From Octopus bimaculoides (lineage: Eukaryota), in the NCBI RefSeq assembly GCF_001194135.2, contig NC_069003.1:16741531-16805530 (forward strand): a stretch of 64,000 nucleotides of DNA, written 5' to 3'. The notes under the pieces are model-generated. The model was not told the DNA's origin, made no database searches, and worked only from the letters and a program-made list of their open reading frames with translations. Position 1 is the stretch's first letter. Every line of letters starts with the position of its first letter. The position numbers and the translations under genes are program-made. This document shows positions 1 to 13,864 of this stretch, piece after piece.

Positions 1-82
1 AGATTGCTCAGCTGAAGAGGGATGCAGGGGACATACCTATGCATGTAAGCATTATATACTCACATACACATACATATATACC

Positions 83-235
83 CTATGAGGTGATTGGTGT
101 TAGAAAGGGCACTTGGCCGCAAAAACTGTGCCAAAACAAACACAGAAGTCCAGTGCAGACGTCTGCCTGGCCAGCTCCTGTCAAACCGTCCAACCCATGC
201 CAGCACGGAAGGTGAACGTTAAATGATGATGATGA
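83..235 (+). mobile_element. RTE-LINE 3'-end / RTE-tailed short retroposon fragment
   Basis: Ends aacccatgccagcacggaaggtgaacgttaaa(tga)n. The same tail recurs at 27057, 42590-42800, 45746, 54633, 56950, 57580 and 60050-60450, and terminates the RTE copies in this window. Confidence 0.7.
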
Positions 236-299
236 TATATTCAACACATATAAGTAAGTGTGAGATGGCCAAAGGGAGTACAGACAAAACAATGTTCAG

Positions 300-1637
300 T
301 ATTTCAGTGAAGACCTTCAACCTGCTGTTCACAGAGAAATTGCCACTTGATTCAAAAGGTGCAAATCTTTCCTTTTTGAACATAGTATTCCACTCAGTAA
401 TATTCTTGCCTGTGCGTCTGAGGGAGCCCCTTCAATGATAGGAAGATACAGAGGTTTTCATCTCTCCTAAAGTGTGAAATTTCCCACCAGACACTGTTCA
501 TTGCTTGGCACACCGGCAGCATTTAGTGGCAAAAAATATGAACAGTAGATTGAATGATGTGCTACAGTAGGTTACTGCAAGGAAACAGAAAAAGTCTCGT
601 TGATTGTAAATCATTTATCACTACCTTCATTTCGAAATTGGTGTTAAGACTAACATTTCAAAACATCAATTCCATCAATTTCCACAACTTGGATTCTTTG
701 AAAGATGAATTGGTTGATGAGGATTTAATTACATATCGCAACTATTTACAATCATTTCCCGATGACATGGTGGAGCGATTTCAAGATGTAATTGCGCTGA
801 ATATTCCAAGTTGGTATAGCAATCCATTTGAGGTCGATGCAGTCGATTGCGAGGATCATGTTCAGGAAGAATTGATAGAATTGCAAAAACGACAACGACG
901 CCACAATGCGATATCACAGTAATGGCAAAGAAGGTTTATGGTACCATTAGAGTATACTGAACTCCTACCCCAGTCTGTGGAAACATCTGAAATTACTTTT
1001 GCTTGCCTTCCCTACCACATACCTGGTTGAATCTGGTTTTAATCATGTTGGAACTTTATTTTCCCATAAAAAAATTGGACTGGATGTAACACAACGAGGA
1101 GACTTGCAGCTAAAAGTTGACAAGTTTGAAATCGAATGTTTCTGCACTTGATGCATTGCACCAGACACATGGTTCTCATTAAAAAGTTTTATTCTTTTCC
1201 TTTATAATACAATCATTAATTATTTTTGCATCGGTAGTTCTAATCAATGGTTCATTTGGGGAAAATGAAAATCAGTGTAAAAGAAAGTGCAAGTTTCCAG
1301 AAGTTAATCTGTCTGCATAATATAGAATCAACGTTAGAATTTTATTCACGCTAATGCAAAACTAAACCCACAATAAGGTTGTAAACAACCGCATATTTAG
1401 TCCTAACAGCACTAACAGGGCAACGAGTCTACGATATAGCCGAGACACGTGTGTATAATTTAATCGTTTCAGTTATTGGTTATATTTTTCCATTTTTCAG
1501 GAGGGGGGGACTAGGGGATTTTGTGTTAGGGAGGGGGTTGTGACAGGTTTTTTTTTTACACAGGTGGGCGATGGAGCATGTTTCGGCCAATAGGTGGGCG
1601 ATATTGCAATTTGGCGTGAAAAGTTTGGGAAGCACTG
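300..1637 (+). mobile_element. Decayed hAT transposon (Buster/Charlie, ZBED8-like transposase) with right TIR
   Basis: Frameshifted motifs IPLSNILACASEGAPSMIGRYRG, HRQHLVAK, IPSWYSNPF and the dimerisation region AFPTTYLVESGFN...RGDL...HQTHGSH* (stop 1180-1182). TIR gtttgggaagcactg at 1623-1637 (reverse complement CAGTGCTTCCCAAAC). Confidence 0.85.
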
Positions 1638-2149
1638 TACATAAGGTATGAAACATCAGCATTTCTCTGTCTTTTATCTATAGAAACTTGTTTTATGTCT
1701 CTGTTTCCCTTCTCTTGTCCCTATCTTTTTCTCATTTTGTGTTTCTCCCGCTCATTCTGTAAAATTTTATCTGAAGAAAGCAGAAATTCAAAGAAGAGAA
1801 AGCGAAAAGGACAGAGAGGAAGAAAGTGAAGGAGATGAGAAAGTGAAAGATGTATGTACATGTATATGAAATGGATGTGTGTATGTGTGCGTGCGTGCAC
1901 GTCTGTGTGAGAGAGAGAAAGAGGGAGAGACAGAGAGAAAGAGACAGAGAGATAGAGTGAGTGAGTGTGTTGTGATGATTGATGTCTTTTAAGGTACACA
2001 CACATATAGAAAAATGTGACATCATCATCGTATAAAATGTTTACGATAGTTGATTTATGGAAAAGATTATAATGTTAAATTTTTGAAATGCAAATACATA
2101 TGTGAATCAAAATTAAGTTTAGTTTGTAGCCAAAATAGTACTGAAATAG

Positions 2150-2315
2150 TACGGTTAGGGTTATGATTATTTTTGCCATAACCTCACTCATAACTCTAAC
2201 CCTAAAACTTATAACCCTAACCCTAACCCCAACCCTAACCCTAAAACCCTAACCCTAACTCTAAAACCCAAACCCTAACCCTAACTCTAAAACCCAAACC
2301 CTAACCCTAAAACCT
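2150..2315. repeat. Degenerate telomere-like (CCCTAA)n tract with duplicated higher-order unit
   Basis: Multiple ccctaa/accctaa units, aaccctaaccctaactctaaaaccca present twice, and ggttagggtta in the opposite orientation at about 2152. Confidence 0.85.
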
Positions 2316-2745
2316 TACTAGGGAATAATGATATAATTAAACAGGGAATGACACTCTTGACACCGGTAAAAATTATTGTTTATAAAAAGCACTAACTGTA
2401 TTTAGCTGAATAGACATCAGTGATTGATTGAAATTACAGAAATACGACAACTTTAACATGAAATAACTTATTAAGAACTAATTTTTGTTAAGAAGGCTAA
2501 GAGAAAAAGATGTTTTATATGACACATTCTACCAGTATCCCAAGTTTGAAAGTGTTTCGTTAAGAAAACAAGTGTTGCCCGTCAAACCAAAAAGATCCCA
2601 TTGGGCTCGCATTAAGCAAGAAGCTGAAACTTTTTTGGCCTATGACAGTGCATGGATCCTAAGTAAGGCATGTGTAAAACTTGAATGAAATCGGTTGGGT
2701 AGTTCTCAAATTTTAGTGATTCACACAGACAGACACACATTCTCA

Positions 2746-2793
<48 letters not shown>

Positions 2794-2794
<1 letters not shown>

Positions 2795-2952
2795 GATGGC
2801 CTTCTTTCAGTTTCCATCTACCTAATCCACTCACAAGGCTTTGGTCTGCTCGAGGCTATAGCAGAAGACACTTGCCCAAGGTGCCACACAGTGGGACTGA
2901 ACCCAGAATCATGTGGTTGGTAAGCAAGCTACTTACCACACAGCAATGCCTG
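2794..2952 (-). mobile_element. tRNA-derived SINE, 5' half
   Basis: Reverse complement gives ggcattgctgtgtggtaagtagcttgc...gggttcagtccc (A/B-box-like) then ccttgggcaagtgtcttc. Same family at 40205 (+) and 49400 (-). Confidence 0.8.
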
Positions 2953-3184
2953 TATAAATGTTTATAATTATGTACATTCAGTTATGTTATACTGATGACA
3001 GTAAAGGAAGTTATATCCCTGAATTAGAAATCAATTGATCTGTGGCTAAACTTTAAAAAAAAATCTTTTTCATTAATTTCCCTCGCTTTCAGCCCGTGTC
3101 TATGTGATAACTAAAATAGTTTTAGAGTCATTTGGTATCTTCTAGCATGTGGCTCTACCATGTAGTTACCCTTATTGCCCTTAT

Positions 3185-3740
3185 TGTTGAAACAGACCTA
3201 TTTTACAAACCAACAGGCACACACCAATACTTAAATTTCCGATCAACCCACGCATCTAGGAAAAAAGATTATATGAACTAAAATGGTTCCTTAAAAGATA
3301 AAAATGTCTGGTGAACCTCATCAATACAGCTATCTCCAAGGCCCAGAACATTCCAGTGACAACACTGAGAAAAACAGACCAATCAAAATAAAAAGGAAAA
3401 AACAGTTATCCTTTTTGTTGTTACTCACAACCCAAGGAACTTCAACATTGTGAAAGCCGCCAAACAATATTTCCCAATTTTCCAGCAATTCCCCAAAATG
3501 AATGCACTCATAAAAGACTCACAAATAATATATAGCAGACGCCAAGCACCCAACCTAAAAACACTGCTCACCAAAGTGAAATTTATGTCTAACATTGAAA
3601 CAATGCAAGTTAAGCAATGAGGAACTTGTGAAAACATTGAAAAGGGCAGACAAATCTCCTTTAAAAATAATCAGATTTTCAAAGTTAATGCAAAAATGAA
3701 TTTCAAAGCAAAAAGCTTAATTTACTGTGCAACTTGTATG
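3185..3740 (+). mobile_element. Penelope-like element remnant (RT thumb to GIY-YIG start)
   Basis: ETDLFYKPTGTHQYLNFRSTH, THNPRNFNI, YSRRQAPNLKTLL and LIYCATC resemble Penelope pol motifs; broken frames. Confidence 0.8.
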
Positions 3741-4530
3741 TATCTGTTCTCTGTTGTTATACGTCCTTCTTTATGTTTACATTCGGTTCTTTCTTCCAAG
3801 GAATCTGGGGCTCTTAACTTCCTTTTGCCTAAGCTGCAATGATAATTTGTAACTAGACTGAATAAGGAATACCCCGTTTCATTCATTCATGTTTTTGTTA
3901 CATTGTCTGTCTGCATGTTCAGCGTCCTTGTCTCCTCTTAGTATTTTTCACATATTTTTCATAACATAGAAACGTAAAAACACACACAACCACACATACG
4001 TGATCTGTGACAACATACACATAAATACATACACACATCAACATTATAGATAGAAGATTTAGTTCGTGTGTGTTTTTTATATAAACACGCGTACGCATAG
4101 CTATTTTATAACTGTCTTCCGTTCTCCCTTCCTCTCTTTCTCTCTCTTCATTGCTCCCGTTCTCTATTCCTTTCTCCCCTTCTCTCTCTCACTTCCTCTC
4201 TCCCTCTTCTCTCTCAAACGTACACACACGCACGTACACACAAGCATTCACTACAATATAACTAGATCTTACCTTACTACATGTTCATCAATGTTTTGTA
4301 AATATACAAACTACGGAACTTATGTAGACAGGACAACACATTACAAATCAGTGAACTTCTTTAGAAATGTGAAAACTACCTACCCTGCCATCTGTTATAA
4401 CTTTTTGTTGTTCTGTTTAATATATACATAGATTATTCCTCCAAAGAAGAGAGTTTTCTGGGGAAAGAAGGCAACCGGTTTAAAAAGACAGCAACAGACT
4501 GCAACAATTCACCACATTCCAGAAGCTACT

Positions 4531-7500
4531 TTGAACATAATGCAAAATGGTGCATCAATATCTACAGAACTGTGTAGCAACAGATCGCCAGCAATTGCTA
4601 CATCAGAAATTGCCGTCCTAGCTCCTGCGAAAAGGGATTATTCTGCTATGCGGAGAGCAAGACGTGCTGCTTTACAAGCCGCAAGGCGAGCTGCTCAGTC
4701 TGAGCAACAGCGTAACCTGCGTTGTATGAATAATGCTGCTTGCACTTCGGCCCGCAGAGCGGCTGAAAATGCTGAACAACGTGCCATTCACCTCAACAAA
4801 GATGCTGCTTCTACTTCTGCCCACAGAGCTGCTGAGAATGCTGAACAATGTGCCATTCGCCTCAACAAAAACACTGCCTCTACTGCTTCCTCCAGAATTA
4901 ATGAGAGCTCCGAAGTCAGGCTTCGTCGCCTGGCCAATGTCTCAATTCAAAGAAATTGTCGCCGAGGTGTTTCTAGGCCATGAAATTCCAGATGGTCATT
5001 AAAAGCGTTCGACTATGCATCCCATCCAGACCTATCGATTTCCTATATGCAAGTCATTTGTCCAATTTGTTCTGCGAGGAAGTGGCCCGGTGAACCAGCT
5101 GGATTGTGCTGCTCAGGTGGAAAGGTCAGACTACCTTCTTTGTTGGACCCCCCTCATCCATTACAGCTGCTTCTTACCGGAACAAACACTCAATCAAGGC
5201 GTTTTCTTCGTTACATAAGCAAGTACAACTGTGCTTTCCAAATGACCTCATTTGGAGGGAACGTCATCAGATAAGAAGGGTTCATACCCACTTTTAAAGT
5301 ACAGGGCCAAGTTTACCATAGAATTGGATCTCTTCAGCCAGCCGCAGGCCAAGAGCCAAAGTTTCTTCAGCTGTACTTCATTTGCAACTATCAAGACCAA
5401 ACCGCAAAATGATCCACAATATCACCAGGTACTGACTTCGAGCTGACATTGCAATTGCAAGAGATGTTTCATGCTACAAACAGCTACGTGCGTAGTTTCA
5501 AGTATGCCGTGGAGATGACCTCAAGCCCCAATTTTAAATTGGTCATTGATGCTGACAAACGCCCATCTGGAGAACACCTTGGACGTTACAACCAACCTTC
5601 ATGTAATGAAATGGCTATCATTCTTCAGGGTGACCAGTCTAACCCTAGGGACATCGTTCTGTTGTGTCGTGATGATACCATAAGGCGAATTCCAGAAACT
5701 CACAGGGCATACGATGCACTCCAGTAACCCCTACTATTTCCTCATAGTGAAAACGGGTACCATATTGGCATTCTGCAATGTCATCCTCTCAGGACAGACG
5801 TCTGCAGCAACAAGCAGGTTTCATGCATGGCTTTCTACTCTTATCGCCTGATGATTCGAGTCAATGCCATGAATCATCTGCACTGTTCCCGCAAGCTTTT
5901 CCATCAGTTTGCTGTCGACATGTATGCAAAAATGGAATCTGAAAGGCTTCGTTTCATTAGAAACAATAAAAAAAAGCTGCGGTCTGAGCAGTATATCCAT
6001 CTCCTCGATAGCCTCAACAATGACGTTGCTCCTGGGGATATAGGACATGCATGCATTTTGCCCTCAACGTTTACCGGTGGTCCGCGTTATATGCAGGAGA
6101 GAATGCAAGATGCTATGACATATGTACATCATTTTGGTCGGCCTGATCTCTTCATAACTTTCACCTGCAATCCCAAGTGGCACGAGATACAGGCAGAAGT
6201 TTTCAATGGTCAAAAGCCCAACGACAGACACGACCTTATTGCCAGGGTTTTCCGATTTAAGTTACATAAATTCATGGATTTCATCAAATTCGGCCAGGTA
6301 TTTGGATGTGTTCAGTGTGACATGTTCACAGTTGAGTGGCAGAAAAGGGGTTTGCCACATGCCCACATTCTTATTTGGTTGTCCACAAAGATAAGCACAA
6401 ACGACATAGACAAGATAATCTCTGCAGAAATTCCTGATCCCTCTGCTGACAAAGACATCTTCGAAATAGTTCGCATAAACATGGTTCATGACCCTTGTGG
6501 ACATGGGTTCAACCCTTTGCTTACGAGACTCTGTATGTACCAAAAAANNNNNNNNNNNNNNNNNNNNNNNNNNNNNNNNNNNNNNNNNNNNNNNNNNNNN
6601 NNNNNNNNNNNNNNNNNNNNNNNNNNNNNNNNNNNNNNNNNNNNNNNNNNNNNNNNNNNNNNNNNNNNNNNNNNNNNNNNNNNNNNNNNNNNNNNNNNNN
6701 NNNNNNNNNNNNNNNNNNNNNNNNNNNNNNNNNNNNNNNNNNNNNNNNNNNNNNNNNNNNNNNNNNNNNNNNNNNNNNNNNNNNNNNNNNNNNNNNNNNN
6801 NNNNNNNNNNNNNNNNNNNNNNNNNNNNNNNNNNNNNNNNNNNNNNNNNNNNNNNNNNNNNNNNNNNNNNNNNNNNNNNNNNNNNNNNNNNNNNNNNNNN
6901 NNNNNNNNNNNNNNNNNNNNNNNNNNNNNNNNNNNNNNNNNNNNNNNNNNNNNNNNNNNNNNNNNNNNNNNNNNNNNNNAAATTCCTGATCCCTCTGCTG
7001 ACAAAGACATCTTCGAAATAGTTCGCATAAACATGGTTCATGACCCTTGTGGACATGGGTTCAACCCTTTGCTTACGAGACTCTGTATGTACCAAAAAAT
7101 TTCCAAAACAGTTCCTCCGTTACACCCAGACTTGCACGGACGGTTACCCACTGTATAAACGCAGGAGACCCGAAGATGGCAGGTTTTCGGCACGTGTTGG
7201 TTTGTATGAAGTCGATAACCGCTGGATAGTACCATATTGTCCGCTGTTGTCAAAAGCCTTCAACACTCATATCAACGTAGAGTTCTGCAGCTCTGTCAAG
7301 TCAATAAAGTATGTATGCAAGTACATAAATAAGGGCTCTGACGCAGCTACGTTTGGCCTACAGCGAGACGGAAATCAAGACGAGGTAACACAGTACCAAG
7401 TCGGGAGGTACATAAGCAGCAACGAGACCTTCTGGCGCATTTTTGGGTTCCCTTTGCATCAACGCCACCCAGCCATTCAGCAACTTGCTGTTCACCTTGA

Positions 7501-10218
7501 GAACGGTCAAAGAATTTACTTCTCAGCTTCCACTGCTGCCGCATTGGTCGAAAACCCGAGAGACACTACTCTGACTGCATTTTTTTAAATCATGCAATGA
7601 AGATGCATTCGCTGAAACACTGCTGTACCACCAAGTGCCATCATACTACATTTGGAAGAATAAGGCCTGGCACCGAAGGACACAGGGCAAATCCGTTGAC
7701 AACTTCCCGTCCGTTAAGTTTGACAGTTGTCTTGGCAGAGTGTACACTGTTCATCCAAGTCAACAGGAGTGCTTCTATCTTCGGTTGCTTCTTCATGAGG
7801 TACGGGGACCAAAGTCCTATCAACATTTGAAAACAGTCAATGGTGAGCCTTGCAGAACATTCAGGGAGGCATGCTTAAAATACAGACTTTTAGAAGACGG
7901 TGCACAGTGGGATGCTACTCTCGCGGAAGCTGCCCTTTCCAGGTCTCCTCAAAGCCTCAGAGACCTTTTTGCAATTCTCCTTCATATTTGTGAGATAGCA
8001 GACCCCCTATCCCTATGGATGAAGTATAGAGATGCCCTTGCAGAAGACTTCTACCACCAAGCCAAACAGCAGTTCCCCACCCTTCATTCTGCAAATGATG
8101 CTGTCTATAACTGTACCTTGATTGCACTTGAAAACAGGATTTCTTGCATAGGTGGAGGTACCTTGACAACTTACGGGCTTCCAGAACCCTTTCGAGAAGG
8201 AACTAATTCTCTGAGTAATGAGCTAATTTGAGAAACTTCCTATGACACACATGCCCTTACAAAGTACATATGCGAAAATGAGTTCAAACTTCTTCCTGAA
8301 CAACAGCATATCGTATGCACAATCTTAGATAATGTGAAGAACAAAAAAGGTGGACTTTTTTTCCTATATGCACCGGGAGGGACAGGAGAAAACTTTTTAA
8401 CAAAGCTTCTTCTTGCAAAAGTGCGACTGCGGAAAATTATCGCAATAGCGGTGGCATCTTCCGGAATAGCTGCAACTCTGTTACCCGGTGGCAGGAAAGC
8501 ACATTCGGCCTTCAAGCTACCTTTTAACTTGGCTAAATGTGACAAGCCCTCTTGTAACATAAGAAAAACGTCAGACGCTACACTACAAGATCTCAGAGAT
8601 TGCTCAACTACAATGAGGGGTGTTACGATTCTACTTTCTGGTGACTTTCGGCAGACTCTACCAGTTATTCCTAAAGGAACCAGGGCAGACGAAGTTAGTG
8701 CGTGCCTCAAGTCGTCTTCGTTATGGCAAAGCATAACAACGCTGACCCTTACAACGAATATGCGAGACAGACTGCATAGCGACCAACAGGCAGCAGAATT
8801 CGCAGCGAACCTTTTGTCACTGGGGCATGGATTTCATTTCTCAGTGATGATGGAGAAACTACCCCGTCCTCGATTTCAACAAAGGTCAACACCCTCGAAG
8901 AACTAAAAGGAAAAGTATTTCCCGGTCTGCATGAAAACTACCAGGACCTTAACTGGTTATGCGAAAGAGCTATTTTAGCTCAAAAAAACAGCATGGTTAA
9001 CGCCATCAACCAGCAACTGGTGCAAGTCATTCCTGGTAGGCTTCATGTCTACAAATCAATTGATTCGATCCCTGACCCAAATCAGGCAGTCAACTATCCC
9101 GTTGAATTTCTTAATTTACTGGAACCACCAGGATTGCCCCCTCATATATTGTCAGTGAAAGTTGGAACTCCAGTTATGCTTCTGAGAAATCTAAGCCCTC
9201 TAAAACTCTTGCTTCTCCCATGGGCAACTCTACGTAGGATGCTCTAGAGTAGGAAGTAAAGACAATCTTTTTACTTACATTCCATGTGGAAAAACAAAAA
9301 AACATTGTATACAAGGAGGTCTTGTGCAATTAAGCCAAAACTTATAGTGAGAGAACATTATCATTGTAAGTTTCAATAAGACACCCACTAATCTATTTAA
9401 AAAATGTCATACCAAAGCATCAAGTTTTCCATTCAGGCGTTATTACAGACTCCACTGATACAATTAATGCTGCATTCAATCAGTCCTTATAAGTCGCCAC
9501 AAGTGTCAACACACACTATATCTTCCAAAGATTAGTCGTATGGAGGTAAGCAATTTAGCAAAGATTAAAATTTTTTTTNNNNNNNNNNNNNNNNNNNNNN
9601 NNNNNNNNNNNNNNNNNNNNNNNNNNNNNNNNNNNNNNNNNNNNNNNNNNNNNNNNNNNNNNNNNNNNNNNNNNNNNNNNNNNNNNNNNNNNNNNNNNNN
9701 NNNNNNNNNNNNNNNNNNNNNNNNNNNNNNNNNNNNNNNNNNNNNNNNNNNNNNNNNNNNNNNNNNNNNNNNNNNNNNNNNNNNNNNNNNNNNNNNNNNN
9801 NNNNNNNNNNNNNNNNNNNNNNNNNNNNNNNNNNNNNNNNNNNNNNNNNNNNNNNNNNNNNNNNNNNNNNNNNNNNNNNNGAGGGATTCATTCATGGTAA
9901 GACTGCGTCATCCAATCGCACTTTTATCGCTCTTACAATTTACTAACTTGGCATTGTGTTCGGCATTGTATAATCAGGGGAGCGCAAAAAGTTGTATAGC
10001 CAATTAGACGGATGAAATTTACATACGCTTAATAATGTTACGCAAAATAGCCTTCAGACTTTCCCTATCAATTTCATCGTCATTTGAATTATGAACATAT
10101 TTACATCATAAGGTTTTTTGTTTGTAAGGATTTCTTTTTAAGTTGATTTTCACCTAGCAAGACTTAGCGTAGATGGCGTAATAAATCACACCCGGACAAC
10201 GTCGGGTTATACTGCTAG
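4531..10218 (+). mobile_element. Helitron copy 1: Rep/PIF1-helicase pseudogene with intact 3' terminus (5' end undefined)
   Basis: Zn-finger CPICSARKW...CC; Rep motifs PDLFITFTCNPKW, VEWQKRGLPHAHILIW (HUH), KYVCKYINKGSD; helicase motifs APGGTGENF, VASSGIAATLLPGG, SGDFRQTLPV, LTTNMR, GTPVMLLRNL, HGQLYVGCSRVG. Several stops and frameshifts. Confidence 0.95.
10190..10218 (+). other. Helitron 3' terminal hairpin and CTAG
   Basis: acccggac-aac-gtcgggt hairpin (10190-10207), 7-nt spacer, CTAG at 10215-10218 followed by T. Confidence 0.9.
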
Positions 10219-11391
10219 TATATATATATATACAAACACATATATACATACATATACTTACGTGTGTGCGTGTGTGTGCGTGTGTGTGTATATATATGTA
10301 TATATCATATACCTTTATGAATGTATTTATGTGTGTAGGTTTGTAAGTTTGAGTACATTACATTGATATTTGCATATTGGCTAGATTTTCTTCTTGACTG
10401 TTTTCATATGCATGGGCATTGAGTTGTCAAATATTTCTCATTAATTATTCAAGATGTTTTTTCCACATCTGAAACGTCACTGCTTATACGATTCGTTTAT
10501 TCAAAGCATTATTAGATGCAGTGAATTGAAAACGTTTTACGAATCATAGGAAGCGTTATATATTTTATTTATTTTTCGCATTTATTCATATCAAATAGTT
10601 GAAATAAGTATTTCGCGTGAATTTTACATTAATATCGTACAAAAGGAAATGTATGCTAAACAGAAATTTAAAATGATATTCTAACATAGATAGAGATTTG
10701 TATACACGGAATAATATATTTAAAACTAAAATGAGTATATTTGTCGATATATATTAAAATTTGCCTCTTCTGTAATTTTTATTGGGAATGATACCTTTAA
10801 TATGTTTCTATTTTGATGAATCGGTAATATATACATGTAGAAGCGTTTATGAATAATAAATTATTAGCAAACAATAAGCTCATATTACAAAAATAAGGAA
10901 TATATATATACATTGAAGATTAATCGATTACATTTTAAATGAGTAACTCATGATTAGAACATCAAAATAAGCCAGCAGTATATTTAAGAATAAGGAGTAA
11001 AGAGTTAGGGCAGCGGAGGCGGTTTCAGCAGTTGCATCATTACTATGATCACTTGCAGTCTATTAAAAGATGTGGCAAGTGCGTGACATTATCATCATTC
11101 CTTTCGAAATGTGGGCGGAGAATGTCTTGAGACTTTAATGGTCTTAGAAACGTTATAGTCTCAAATTAAGAGAGGCTAATGAGGAAATATATCTCATGAA
11201 GAAATATGCAGAATCTATAGTGATAACAATTAAAGTCAAATATAGGCGTGTCTTCTATAAAACTTTTTCAAACGAAAATTTTCCTCATGTTCATACGCAT
11301 GCATAAATACAATCCACCTCCACAAAACACACACACACACGTACATATGCAAACACACACATATACATATACGCGTGCGTATGTAGATATC

Positions 11392-11431
<40 letters not shown>

Positions 11432-12149
11432 TATATGTGTACCTATTACTATTATCTATTGGTACACGCTCACACACACAGACACTAAGACATATAGACA
11501 TGCACACATTCTAGACAAAAACATACACAAACAAATAATATGTAAATGGAATTAATTAATGTTAGTGTCATAAACCTCAGATTAAGTAGACGGATCGAAA
11601 ATCAATCAAATTATCACGACTTCGAATTAGATCGTTTTATCAGCTTTGAGAACTAAAATATAATTTGCTTATTGTTGTATTTCATTTGTTAGTAGTCTCT
11701 ATTTTTCATTTCCAATCATATAGATATGTGTGTGTGTGTGTGTGTGTGTTGGTGTATGCCTGAATGTGTATGTGTTGGTGTATGCCTGAATTTGTGTGTA
11801 TGTATATAATATAATATGATAGAATATATATATATGTATCCATATATACGGAGAAATAGAATGGAAGGTATATTGGAACAAAAGAAAAGTACATTCAACC
11901 ACCCATATCGAGGGTTTTCAAATTATATTTTGTACAGCTTAGAGTTCTGAATAACTAAGTTTCAGCAGACACAGACAAATCACATCCTATTATTTTGGCC
12001 CTTTTCTCTTTGAAACGATCACGGTTTCTAAAGGAGGTTGTGACTCAAGAATTAAGGTTCATTTTGATATGTCATGTGAATGAAAGCAGCCTTTCGATAA
12101 GTACTGTCGAGTAGGATTTTCTCTGTCAATATCTATACCAAACTCTTGA

Positions 12150-12290
12150 AGTTTCACCAAAGTTGACTTTGCCTTTCATCATTTTTGGGGTCAATAAACT
12201 AAGTGCCAGTTGCATACTGGGGTCGATCTAATCGACTGGGACCCCTCCCGAAAAATTTCGGCCCTTGTTCCTAGAGTAGAAAAGAATATC
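12150..12290 (+). mobile_element. SINE 3' fragment (same family as 46900 and 55970)
   Basis: gactttgcctttcatc...ggggtcgatctaatcgactgg...tagagtagaaaagaata. Confidence 0.7.
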
Positions 12291-13832
12291 TATACCAATA
12301 TCTATTTCGATTGAAATTTTACAATGCCAGTCAAAATCTATAAGCTATTAACATATTACTAAAAGTCATACACAGCGAAGTTTTCTTAGAGGCAAATATC
12401 ATGTATTTTTTATGCTAAAATGATAAAATGGGAGATGTGCTCAGATGGTGTTTTTCATAGCTAAAAACATTTTAAAATAGAACGTGTGTTATTTATCATT
12501 CATTAACAATAATTATTGGTAGATGGAATTATTGACACGTCAGTTCTCAGTATTCAAGCAAATAAAGAAGAAAAAAGCAGGAGTGATATTTAGATGTCTA
12601 TAATTTTACTTGTACGAGCCTAAGGAATATCATGTGTGTATGTAGACTATCTAATGCAATCATAGCTGTAAGGCCTTTATTTGCAGGCCTATATTTATAT
12701 GTGCACTAAATATTGATAATGTGTTTTTTTTGTCTCCGACTTTTACGTTCGCTGACTTGTTCCCAGCAGCTTTTTGCTGATGATACCATCACAATGAACA
12801 ATCTTAGTATCAAAGGCGCAAAACCCTAATGATTTTTGAACAATAGCTGGTGTGAAAAACGTATGTCCACGTCTTGTGTAATTTTTCCATCTTCTCTTTG
12901 TTGTAATTCTTGCTTATACATACATATATATATTTGAATGTATATTTACAGTGAGAGAGGGGGAGAGGGAAGAGAGAGATACATGGTTGAGATAGTGGTT
13001 GGAAATAAGAATTATAATGCGACGGAGATGAACAAGGATAAGGCCTTTAAGTAGATATTTCGATAAAGAAACAATGTTTAGGAGATAGATTATTCTCAGA
13101 CGAGAAAGACAGATAAAAGATATATTTCGAAATAGTTGGTGTGGTAGATAAAGAAGCAGATGTCGAATGAAAGAGGGATGTAAGCATAAAGAAGATGAGA
13201 AAAGTCAGAAAACTCGCGCACAATCTGTAGAGTTTAAAAGTTAAAGACGATCACGCAGATATGCTATCACAGACATTTAATTCGAGCAAAACGGAGAGAG
13301 TAAAAGAGATATATAGAGAAAGAGGGAATATAAAATGTAAGCTAGAAAGTGAAATAGCTCGACAGAGATGAAGAAACAAACAGCAGTAGAAATACGCGTT
13401 TATATATATATATATATATATATATNNNNNNNNNNNNNNNNNNNNNNNNNNNNNNNNNNNNNNNNNNNNNNNNNNNNNNNNNNNNNNNNNNNNNNNNNNN
13501 NNNNNNNNNNNNNNNNNNNNNNNNNNNNNNNNNNNNNNNNNNNNNNNNNNNNNNNNNNNNNNNNNNNNNNNNNNNNNNNNNNNNNNNNNNNNNNNNNNNN
13601 NNNNNNNNNNNNNNNNNNNNNNNNNNNNNNNNNNNNNNNNNNNNNNNNNNNNNNNNNNNNNNNNNNNNNNNNNNNNNNNNNNNNNNNNNNNNNNNNNNNN
13701 NNNNNNNNNNNNNNNNNNNNNNNNNNNNNNNNNNNNNNNNNNNNNNNNNNNNNNNNNNNNNNNNNNNNNNNNNNNNNNNNNNNNNNNNNNNNNNNNNNNN
13801 NNNNNNNNNNNNNNNNNNNNNNNNNNNNNNNN

Positions 13833-13864
<32 letters not shown>

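Noticed and set aside
6420-7097. Apparent 120-bp direct repeat inside the Helitron Rep (6430-6547 and 6980-7097)
   Set aside because: Identical sequence on both sides of an N gap; typical overlapping-contig artefact.
12775-12820. CTGATGA hammerhead or C/D-box candidate
   Set aside because: No downstream GAAA after a valid stem II and no box C partner.
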